Source: an uncultured Christensenellaceae bacterium (GTDB lineage: Bacteria; Bacillota; Clostridia; Christensenellales; UBA3700). Taken from it: a stretch of DNA of 64,000 nucleotides. The DNA lies in the NCBI GenBank assembly GCA_944380275.1, contig CALWHB010000001.1, positions 33,369 to 97,368 on the forward strand. The letters run 5' to 3'. Below the pieces are notes generated by a model. The model was not told where the DNA came from and searched no databases. It worked only from the letters and a program-made list of their open reading frames with translations. A program made the translations under genes and the position numbers. Of the stretch, positions 38,785 to 46,657 are shown one piece after another (within the stretch, counting starts at the first letter, position 1; every line of letters starts with the position of its first letter).

Positions 38785-39626
38785 TGTTGATATACGGAAA
38801 AGCCGTTTCTGCGGATACGCGCATAAAGCTCAAAACAGAAGTGGAAGAGTTTGAAAAAAAACAGGGCAGAAAACCCTGCCTTGCCGTTATTATCGTGGGA
38901 GAAGACCCTGCATCTCAGACTTATGTGAGAAACAAGATTGCAGGTTGTGCAGAAGTCGGCATGAGGTCGCTGCATTACGAATTTGCCGACGGTACCCCTC
39001 AGGAGAAAATCGAACAGACCGTAAAAGAACTCGCCGCAGACGACTCGGTCGACGGTATTTTGGTTCAGTTGCCGCTCCCTAAAGGTTATGACGAGAGAAA
39101 ATTGCTGTCCCTTATTCCTGACGAAAAGGACGTTGACGGATTCTCACCTACAAATCTGGGACTTCTCGCTATGAACAGACCCAGGACAATATCATGCACG
39201 CCTTTCGGCATAATGAAACTTCTTGAGTCCACAGGCGTATCTCTCAAAGGCAAAAACGCTGTGGTTATAGGCAGGAGCAATACTGTGGGCAAACCTATGG
39301 CAATGCTTTTGCTCAACGCTGACTGCACGGTTACAGTATGCCACAGCAAGACTCAGAACCTTGCAGAAATAACTTCAAAAGCGGATATTCTCGTTGCTGC
39401 TATAGGCAGACCGCGTTTTGTTACTGAAGATATGGTCAAGGACGGCGCAATAGTTATCGACGTGGGAATCAACAGAGTCGACGGCAAGCTGGTAGGCGAC
39501 GTGGATTTTGAAAACGTCGAAAATAAGGCGTCTTTCATCACTCCCGTTCCCGGAGGAGTAGGTCCTATGACTATCACTATGTTGCTTGCAAATACGTTGC
39601 AGGCGGCAAAAGCCAAGACTGAATAA
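38781..39626 (+). CDS. folD: Bifunctional methylenetetrahydrofolate dehydrogenase/cyclohydrolase
   Basis: PASQTYVRNK, ILVQLPLP, VVIGRSNTVGKPMAMLL and TPVPGGVGPMT are present. Confidence 0.96.
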   Translation: MMLIYGKAVSADTRIKLKTEVEEFEKKQGRKPCLAVIIVGEDPASQTYVRNKIAGCAEVGMRSLHYEFADGTPQEKIEQTVKELAADDSVDGILVQLPLPKGYDERKLLSLIPDEKDVDGFSPTNLGLLAMNRPRTISCTPFGIMKLLESTGVSLKGKNAVVIGRSNTVGKPMAMLLLNADCTVTVCHSKTQNLAEITSKADILVAAIGRPRFVTEDMVKDGAIVIDVGINRVDGKLVGDVDFENVENKASFITPVPGGVGPMTITMLLANTLQAAKAKTE

Positions 39627-40832
39627 ATGAATACGCCCAGGTTTTTAAGCGTCAGTATAGTCAATATGTATATTCACAACGTCTTTGTCGCAGAAGAAAT
39701 GCTGCACGACATCGACGTAGTAGGCGAGGTCAGCGGCATAAGCGTAGTGCGCGGACACGCCTATTTTACTTTAAAAGACAAAGACGCTCAGATTTCCTGC
39801 AACAGTTTTAACTGTGCCAAAACCTACGTTCCTAAAAACGGCGAAATGATTATCGTCAGAGGCAGCGTGTCCTATTATGAAAAAAACGGAAGGCTTTCGC
39901 TTAATGCCGACAAAATCGTGCCGTACGGTGCAGGTATACTCGCAATGCAGCTTGAAGAGCTGAAAAACAAACTGGCTAAAGAAGGCATTTTCGACGCGTC
40001 ACGAAAGAAGAGTATTCCTCCTTACTGCAAAAACGTATGCGTTCTCACGTCGACTTCCGGCGCGGTAATCAGAGATATTATTACTACTGTCAGACGTTAT
40101 AACGACGTCATTGACATAACTGTTTACGGGGTGCAGGTTCAGGGCGCAACAAGTGCAGAAAGCATCGTTAAAGCGTTAAAGATAACAGACAAACTCGGTT
40201 TTGACGTCATTATAATAGCGCGCGGCGGAGGCTCACAGGAAGACCTGATGCCGTTTAACGACGAAAAACTCGTTCGCGCCGTGTCGGATGCGGATACGCC
40301 AGTAATTTCCGCTGTCGGACACGAAACAGATTATACGCTTTGCGACCTTGCAGCAGACGTCAGAGCCGCAACTCCTACCGCTGCGGCAGAGCTGATAGCT
40401 TTTGACGTCGGTAAGATAAAAAAAGATTTGTCTGATTTCTGCGAAAGAGCAAAAAATCTGCTTGCGGATAAAGTGGCAGTTTCGGCAAGAAACCTGGATA
40501 TGGTGTCAAGACGTATGCTTGTCGCGTCCGGCGCACGGGTTACGGCGGCAAAAGCAGCTCTCGGCATTTCGGTAAACTCATTGAAAGGCGCGGCTGATTA
40601 TGCGATTAAAGACAAACGCGCAAAATATGAAAAGAGCGTTATAAAACTCGGTGCGGCAAACCCCGTAACCATACTCGAAAAAGGGTTTTTCTTTATTGAC
40701 GGCAAAGACGGCAGGGTAAGACGTATTTCTCAGCTTGAGAAAGGAGATAACATAATTATCAGTTCTTCAGACGGCAGCGCATCGGCTACGGTAAATGAAG
40801 TAAATACCGACGTAAAAAGCAATACAAAATAA
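39627..40832 (+). CDS. xseA: Exodeoxyribonuclease VII large subunit
   Basis: N-terminal OB fold (VVGEVSGISVVRGHAYFTLKD) and catalytic core (IIIARGGGSQEDLMPFNDE, ISAVGHETDYTLCDLAAD). Confidence 0.93.
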   Translation: MNTPRFLSVSIVNMYIHNVFVAEEMLHDIDVVGEVSGISVVRGHAYFTLKDKDAQISCNSFNCAKTYVPKNGEMIIVRGSVSYYEKNGRLSLNADKIVPYGAGILAMQLEELKNKLAKEGIFDASRKKSIPPYCKNVCVLTSTSGAVIRDIITTVRRYNDVIDITVYGVQVQGATSAESIVKALKITDKLGFDVIIIARGGGSQEDLMPFNDEKLVRAVSDADTPVISAVGHETDYTLCDLAADVRAATPTAAAELIAFDVGKIKKDLSDFCERAKNLLADKVAVSARNLDMVSRRMLVASGARVTAAKAALGISVNSLKGAADYAIKDKRAKYEKSVIKLGAANPVTILEKGFFFIDGKDGRVRRISQLEKGDNIIISSSDGSASATVNEVNTDVKSNTK

Positions 40833-40850
40833 ATTCTGACAAGGTGAACC

Positions 40851-41087
40851 ATGAAAAAACAAAGCGAAAACAGTTTTGAAAGTATGCTTGAGCGCGTGGA
40901 CGAAATCACACGCGCTCTCGAAAACCCTGCAACAACTATAGACGAGGGAATAAAACTGTTTGAAGAAGGCGTAAAACTTTCTGCTGCATGCAAAGCGAAA
41001 CTCGACGAGGCAAGCGGAAAAATCAACGAACTGAAAGGCGAACTCGACAATCTCAGACAAATCGAATTCAAGGCGGACAATAACTGA
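40851..41087 (+). CDS. xseB: Exodeoxyribonuclease VII small subunit
   Basis: 78-aa helical protein (FESMLERVDEITRALENPATTIDEGIKLFEEGVKL) immediately after xseA. Confidence 0.9.
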   Translation: MKKQSENSFESMLERVDEITRALENPATTIDEGIKLFEEGVKLSAACKAKLDEASGKINELKGELDNLRQIEFKADNN

Positions 41088-41959
41088 TGAAAGACATAAT
41101 AAACGTATATGCCGGCATATTCAACGCAACGCTGGACGAATATCTGCTCAACAGACTCGATTGTCCTTCCCCCGTGAAAGAGGCAGTTGCTTACGCAATG
41201 ACGGGGAGCGGAAAGAGATTGCGTCCCATGCTGTGCTATCTCGGTGCTGAATTTTCAGGAAAATCATGTGAAGACGTCTATGATTTTGCACTCGCTGTCG
41301 AACTTATCCACGGATATTCTCTTATACACGACGATATGCCGTGCATGGACAACGATACGCTGCGCCGCGGCAAACCGACAGTTCACGTCAGATTCGGCGA
41401 AGGAGTAGCCTTGCTTGCCGGCGACGCGATGCTGAACGGAGCATACGAAATACTTTTTGAAAAAGTCAATTCTTCCCGCGAGGTACTCGCGGCGAGTTAT
41501 ATAGCTAAATACGCTGGCACTACAGGTATGATAGGCGGACAATGCGTCGACATTACCGACAACAACGGTGCAGGTTATGACGAAAACGCGTTGCTTTCTA
41601 TGTATTCCAAAAAAACGTCGGGACTTTTGATTGCAGCGTTGCTTTCAGGAGCAGTATCTTGCGGCTGTACAGAAAAAGAGGAGATTGATTTGCTGAATTT
41701 TGCAGATTATATGGGCGTTGCATATCAGATTACCGACGATATTCTCGATTGTACGTCTACAGAAGAAGTTTTGGGCAAAAATATCGGCAGCGACGTAAAA
41801 GGAGATAAAAAGACATATGTTTCGCTGTTCGGACTCGACGCTGCAAAAGAAAAAGCAAAGGATTATACAAAGCGTGCGGTAAACTGCATTTCGGGATATG
41901 GAGAAAAGTCCGAAAAGTTGATTGAGTTGTGTCATTACCTTATCGGCAGAAATTATTGA
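41087..41959 (+). CDS. ispA: Farnesyl/geranyl diphosphate synthase
   Basis: First aspartate-rich motif LIHDDMPCMDNDTLRRG, second motif QITDDILD, and KRLRP near the N-terminus. Confidence 0.92.
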   Translation: MKDIINVYAGIFNATLDEYLLNRLDCPSPVKEAVAYAMTGSGKRLRPMLCYLGAEFSGKSCEDVYDFALAVELIHGYSLIHDDMPCMDNDTLRRGKPTVHVRFGEGVALLAGDAMLNGAYEILFEKVNSSREVLAASYIAKYAGTTGMIGGQCVDITDNNGAGYDENALLSMYSKKTSGLLIAALLSGAVSCGCTEKEEIDLLNFADYMGVAYQITDDILDCTSTEEVLGKNIGSDVKGDKKTYVSLFGLDAAKEKAKDYTKRAVNCISGYGEKSEKLIELCHYLIGRNY

Positions 41960-42018
41960 TATTCACCGATAATTAATACTGACATTTAGACTTAAGATTT
42001 TAATTTTGTCGCTTTAAT

Positions 42019-42047
42019 AGATTGCCTCACCGGCAATCTTTTTTTTA
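42019..42047 (+). terminator. Rho-independent terminator after ispA
   Basis: Stem AGATTGCC/GGCAATCT (42019-42026 / 42032-42039) followed by a T-run of about 9. Confidence 0.75.
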
Positions 42048-42207
42048 CTCGTTTCTGCTATACCAAACCAAATAATATGAACAATATTTTGCTTAGCTGC
42101 TGCGTTAAATGCATTGATAATATGTTTACATACCATAATAATAAATGAATTCAGATTGATTTGCGTTTTAAAGCATATACGGACATATCGTCAAAATATA
42201 ATTTAAC

Positions 42208-42795
42208 GTGGCTAAATTTACGGGATTTTATAAAAACAGGAACAACGGAAAAAAGAAACGAAAGTGCCGTTCTGCAGACTGGGCATTAAAAATTTTAATA
42301 CTGACTTTTGTTCTTTCTCTGATATCAAGCGTTCTTTCACAGGTCGCGGTGGGAGGCAGCGATATACTAATTGCAACAATGTTGTTGATTTTTATGATAA
42401 TTACTAGTATAATTTTTGATGTGATAGGAGTGAGTGTTACGTCTTGCTCCGCATGTCGGTTTGAAAGCGCGCTTTCTTCCGGCGACGGAGCGGTACGCAT
42501 AGCAAAATTACTTATCTCTAACGCAGAAAAGGTCAATAATATATGCGCCGACGTAATCGGCGACATCTGCGGAGTTATGAGCGGTGCCTGCGGCGCAAGC
42601 ATTGTTTCCGCCATTTCAGACGCTCTGGGAACAGACCCGTTTCTTCCATCTATAGTCGTTTCTGCGGTAATAGCGTCGGTTACGGTGGGAGGAAAGGCAT
42701 TATGCAAACGCATTGCGGTCAGAAACAGTGAAAAAATCGTTATGTTTACCGCAAAACGGCTGTATTCCGCAGTAAAGACTTTCAGAAAGGACTGA
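42208..42795 (+). CDS. Small polytopic membrane protein of unknown function (possibly CNNM/DUF21-like)
   Basis: 195 aa with a basic N-terminus (KNRNNGKKKRKCR) followed by 3-4 hydrophobic helices rich in Ser, Gly and Cys. It abuts dxs with a 3-nt gap. GTG start with no SD. The family assignment is tentative. Confidence 0.55.
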   Translation: MAKFTGFYKNRNNGKKKRKCRSADWALKILILTFVLSLISSVLSQVAVGGSDILIATMLLIFMIITSIIFDVIGVSVTSCSACRFESALSSGDGAVRIAKLLISNAEKVNNICADVIGDICGVMSGACGASIVSAISDALGTDPFLPSIVVSAVIASVTVGGKALCKRIAVRNSEKIVMFTAKRLYSAVKTFRKD

Positions 42796-42798
42796 GCC

Positions 42799-44517
42799 AT
42801 GAAGATTCTCGACAAAGTAAACTATCCTCAGGATTTGAAAAAGCTGACGCTGAGTCAGTTGACTGCGCTTTGTTCGGAAATCAGACAACTCATTTTGGAT
42901 ACCGTGTTCCGCTGCGGAGGACATCTTTCTTCCAATCTCGGCGCAGTCGAAACGGTCGTTGCTCTTCACTACGTCTTCAATGCACCAAAAGACAAAATTA
43001 TTTTTGACGTCGGACATCAGTGTTACGCACACAAAATCCTTACCGGCAGAAAAGACTTGCTGTCAACGTTGCGCGGTGACGAAGGGCTTGCAGGTTTCCC
43101 AAAAAGGCAGGAAAGCGTATACGATGTTGCTAATACCGGACATGCGTCCACGTCAATATCTCTTGCGTGCGGTCTTGCAAGAGCATTAAACGACGGTGAA
43201 CAGATTGTGTCGTTCATAGGCGACGGCGCAATGACGGGAGGACTGACATACGAGGCGTTAAACGACCTTGCATGCCTTAAAAAGAAACAAATCATCGTGC
43301 TTAACGACAACGAAATGAGCATTTCTAAAAACGTCGGGCTGATTTCTGATTATCTTCAGCGACTCAAGAGAGAAAAAGTTACCAGACCGTTCGCTCTTTT
43401 CGGACTTAAATACGTCGGCATCGTCGACGGACACGACCTGAAGGCACTAATCAAAGCTTTCAATAAAGCTAAAAACAGCGAAGACGCTGTAATTATCCAC
43501 GTTCTTACAAAAAAAGGCAAGGGTTATGCCGACGCAGAAGAAAATCCTGAAAAATATCACGGATATTCTGTTTCTGCTCAAAAATATCCCACTTTCTCTC
43601 AGATATGCGGTGAGAAACTTTGCGAACTTGCGCAAAAAGACTCTGACGTATATGCTGTAACCGCTGCAATGGCAAGCGGTACCGGGCTTGACGTTTATGA
43701 AAAAAAATTTCCCGAAAGATTTGCAGACGTGGGCATTGCCGAGGCTCATGCTGCATGTATGTGCGCAGGACTTGCAATAGGAGGGAAAAAGCCATATTTT
43801 GCCGTATATTCCACATTTTTACAACGTGCTTACGACCAGTTAGTTCACGACATTTGCTTAAACAATCTGCCCGTAACGCTGTGTATCGACAGATGCGGAG
43901 TAGTTGCAGGCGACGGTGAAACACACCAGGGCGTATTCGATATCTCTTTTATGCGCGCTCTGCCTTCTCTTACTGTTTTCGCACCTAAAGACGGCGAAGA
44001 ACTCAGGGCAGTCCTCGACTGGTCGCTGAATTACGATAAACCTCTTGCAATCCGCTATCCAAAGGCAGAGGACGATTTTGAATATTCTGTCCACACGCCT
44101 ATAGAACCGGGAAAATGGGAATACGTCTTGCAGGACAGCGCATCTGACGCAGTGATAATCGCAACGGGTGCGATTTGCGTGAAAAATGCATGTAAAGCCG
44201 CAGAAATACTCAAGGAAAACGGTATTTCCGTCGACGTAATCAATGCACGCTTTATTTCGCCTATGGACGAAACCATGCTGCGAAAAATAGCATCAAAAAA
44301 GATATTTACCTCTGAAGACGGAGTGCGTACGGGAGGACTGGGCGAAGGCATTATATCGTATTATGCAGAAAACGGCATAAAAGCCGACGTAACGGTATTT
44401 GCCTTTGATAAATTCCCGTATCCGCAAGGCTCAGTAAATTTTATACTAAAATCGACGGGAACCGACGCTCAGTCGATTGCCGCAAGAATAACAGATAAGG
44501 TAAAAAATGAGGCTTGA
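42799..44517 (+). CDS. dxs: 1-deoxy-D-xylulose-5-phosphate synthase
   Basis: GGHLSSNLGAVETVVALHYVF, DVGHQCYAHKILTGR, the TPP motif GDGAMTGGLTYEALN..LNDNEMSI, and AEAHA. At 572 aa it is shorter than the usual ~620. Confidence 0.95.
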   Translation: MKILDKVNYPQDLKKLTLSQLTALCSEIRQLILDTVFRCGGHLSSNLGAVETVVALHYVFNAPKDKIIFDVGHQCYAHKILTGRKDLLSTLRGDEGLAGFPKRQESVYDVANTGHASTSISLACGLARALNDGEQIVSFIGDGAMTGGLTYEALNDLACLKKKQIIVLNDNEMSISKNVGLISDYLQRLKREKVTRPFALFGLKYVGIVDGHDLKALIKAFNKAKNSEDAVIIHVLTKKGKGYADAEENPEKYHGYSVSAQKYPTFSQICGEKLCELAQKDSDVYAVTAAMASGTGLDVYEKKFPERFADVGIAEAHAACMCAGLAIGGKKPYFAVYSTFLQRAYDQLVHDICLNNLPVTLCIDRCGVVAGDGETHQGVFDISFMRALPSLTVFAPKDGEELRAVLDWSLNYDKPLAIRYPKAEDDFEYSVHTPIEPGKWEYVLQDSASDAVIIATGAICVKNACKAAEILKENGISVDVINARFISPMDETMLRKIASKKIFTSEDGVRTGGLGEGIISYYAENGIKADVTVFAFDKFPYPQGSVNFILKSTGTDAQSIAARITDKVKNEA

Positions 44518-45232
44518 CGTATATTTAAGCGAAAAAGCAGGATACAGCCGTACCAAAGCTGCCAACATGATTGCAGACGGTTTTATAGAAATAAACGGTA
44601 ATCCTGCGCTCAAACCGTCACAGAAGGTAAACGCTAACGACGACGTCAGAGTCCTGAAAGAATACAAATTCGCATCGAGAGGCGGAGATAAACTCGAAAA
44701 AGCTTTCTGCGATTTTGGCCTCAACGTAAAAGACAAAATCTGCGTGGACGTCGGCGCGTCAAACGGTGGGTTCACGGATTGTCTTCTGCATCACGGAGCA
44801 AAAAAGGTTTATGCCGTCGACGTGGGAGATTGCGCCTTTTCAGACGAACTTAAAAACGATACAAGAGTGGTAGTGAAAGACAATACCAACGCGAGAGAGC
44901 TTAACGTCTGCATACTGGGCGAACAATGCGACTTTGCATGTATCGACGTCAGTTTTATTTCTTTAAAACTTATACTTCCTGCCGTACTTTCTGTAATCAA
45001 AGAGGGCGGAGAAATCGTCGCGCTTATTAAACCTCAGTTTGAAGTAGGAAAAAAGAACCTTACCAAAACAGGACTGGTGCTTTCCGAAAAACTCAGAAAA
45101 CAGGTTATTGAAGAAATAAAATCGTTTACGGCAGAACTCGGCGCAAAAGCGGAAGGTGTTACTACCGCTCCTGTACGCGAAGGCAAAAACGTTGAATACT
45201 TAATCCGGCTCACAAAACCGTTAATCCCGTAA
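44507..45232 (+). CDS. tlyA: TlyA-family rRNA 2'-O-methyltransferase (hemolysin A-like, YqxC)
   Basis: N-terminal S4-like MRLDVYLSEKAGYSRTKA, RGGDKLEKAF, and the SAM motif VDVGASNGGFTDCLL. Confidence 0.9.
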   Translation: MRLDVYLSEKAGYSRTKAANMIADGFIEINGNPALKPSQKVNANDDVRVLKEYKFASRGGDKLEKAFCDFGLNVKDKICVDVGASNGGFTDCLLHHGAKKVYAVDVGDCAFSDELKNDTRVVVKDNTNARELNVCILGEQCDFACIDVSFISLKLILPAVLSVIKEGGEIVALIKPQFEVGKKNLTKTGLVLSEKLRKQVIEEIKSFTAELGAKAEGVTTAPVREGKNVEYLIRLTKPLIP

Positions 45233-45243
45233 TTTTGCATAAT

Positions 45244-45274
45244 CGTGTTTACTATAGATTATAAATATACGTTC
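45244..45274 (+). repeat. Extra copy of the lexA-downstream motif (CGTGTTT-N13-AAATATACGTTC) upstream of nadK-argR-recN
   Basis: CGTGTTTACTATAGATTATAAATATACGTTC. It shares GTGTTT and the exact 10-mer ATATACGTTC with copies R1, R2 and R4 at 62.1-62.6 kb. Confidence 0.5.
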
Positions 45275-45339
45275 TTCTGTCGAAATTTAACATAATTGCG
45301 CCGCAATACAAACATTTTTTAAATTATTTGCAATAACTA

Positions 45340-45368
45340 TTGAATATTTATACATTATATTATATAAT
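45340..45368 (+). promoter_or_regulatory. Sigma-A type promoter of nadK-argR-recN
   Basis: TTGAAT (45340-45345), a 17-nt spacer, then TATAAT (45363-45368). The nadK ATG at 45375 begins 6 nt after the -10 with no SD. Confidence 0.5.
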
Positions 45369-45374
45369 ACTTAT

Positions 45375-46199
45375 ATGAAAATCGGCGTTTACACAAATCT
45401 GAATAAGGACCGCGATTCTCAGACTGCAAAAGAATTTATTTCTATTTTACAGCAAAAGGGCGTTTCTTATAAATTTTACAGCGACCGCAAACAGGAAAGC
45501 GACACTCACGAAAAACTGAGAGAGCTTACCGACGGCGTAGACGTACTCGTAGCTTTCGGAGGCGACGGCACGATGCTCAATATCGTTCCTTATTGCGCTG
45601 TCAAAAACATACCTATACTCGGAGTGAATCTGGGACATATAGGTTTTCTTACCGAGGCTGATGCGGATAACCTTGAAGAAAGCGTCGACAGATTGCTCAG
45701 CGGCGATTATTTCTGCGAAAAAAGGTCAATGATTTCGGTAACCAACGGCGACAACCGTTTTATTGCGCTGAACGAAGTTGTCCTTGCAAAAACAGACAAT
45801 TCGAATATTTGCAATATTGCTGTCGATATAGACGGAGTAAGGGCGGACAAAGTACGTGCGGACGGTGTCATGGTCAGCACTCCGACAGGGTCTACAGGTT
45901 ACTCTCTGTCATGCAACGGTTCTATTCTGAGTCCCAATCTCAACGCTCTTATAATAAACGCGATATGTCCCCACTCGTTGCATTTTTGTCCTATGGTAAT
46001 CAGTGATACGAGTACCGTAGATTTATCAAGCGACAGCGATGACTTAAGGCTTACCATTGACGGCAAAATCGTATCGTTAGTAGAGGACCCACAAAAAATC
46101 ACTATAAAAAAATGTGAATACAACGCTACTTTTATCAGATTTGAAAAAAGCAGCTTTTACAGTAAATTAATCAAAAAACTTGCTTATTGGGGTGAATAA
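45375..46199 (+). CDS. nadK: NAD kinase
   Basis: The GGDGT motif (VLVAFGGDGTML), NLGHIGFLTE and VSTPTGSTGYSLS are present. Confidence 0.93.
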   Translation: MKIGVYTNLNKDRDSQTAKEFISILQQKGVSYKFYSDRKQESDTHEKLRELTDGVDVLVAFGGDGTMLNIVPYCAVKNIPILGVNLGHIGFLTEADADNLEESVDRLLSGDYFCEKRSMISVTNGDNRFIALNEVVLAKTDNSNICNIAVDIDGVRADKVRADGVMVSTPTGSTGYSLSCNGSILSPNLNALIINAICPHSLHFCPMVISDTSTVDLSSDSDDLRLTIDGKIVSLVEDPQKITIKKCEYNATFIRFEKSSFYSKLIKKLAYWGE

Positions 46200-46651
46200 T
46201 GATTAGAGCTAAAAGACAACATTGTATTATCGAACTAATCGGTGAAAACGACGTCGAAACTCAGGACGAACTTGTCAGACTTCTGACAGAGCGCGGTTTC
46301 TGCGCAACTCAGGCAACTGTTTCCCGCGACATAAAGGAACTGGGACTTATCAAAATTCTGGGGGCAGACAAAAAATACAAATATGTCAAAGCAGAGGCGG
46401 CACCGCATAAAATTTCCGTCAAATTCGGAAATATATTCAAAGAGTGCGTACTGTCTATTCAGTATGCAAACAACCTTGTCGTAATCAAGACGGTTGCAGG
46501 CGGAGCAAACAGCGCGTGTGCATTTATTGACCACCTCAATCTCTCGCAGATTATAGGCACACTCGCCGGCGACGACACAATCTTTGCAGTTGTCGCGCAG
46601 GACGCCGATGTAAAAGACACCGTGGATTTGCTTAAATCTTATTTGTGGTAA
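46199..46651 (+). CDS. argR: Arginine repressor ArgR/AhrC
   Basis: Winged-helix N-terminus (ETQDELVRLLTERGFCATQATVSRDIKELGL) and C-terminal oligomerisation domain (GTLAGDDTIFAV). Confidence 0.93.
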   Translation: MIRAKRQHCIIELIGENDVETQDELVRLLTERGFCATQATVSRDIKELGLIKILGADKKYKYVKAEAAPHKISVKFGNIFKECVLSIQYANNLVVIKTVAGGANSACAFIDHLNLSQIIGTLAGDDTIFAVVAQDADVKDTVDLLKSYLW

Positions 46652-46657
46652 TTTCCT

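Noticed and set aside
42228-42815. A 195-aa ORF mirroring the small membrane protein gene on the opposite strand.
   Set aside because: The plus-strand product has coherent TM helices and abuts dxs in an operon-like arrangement within a 49-gene plus-strand run. The minus product would run against all neighbours and has no RBS. The plus-strand start is itself unusual, so some doubt remains (see findings).
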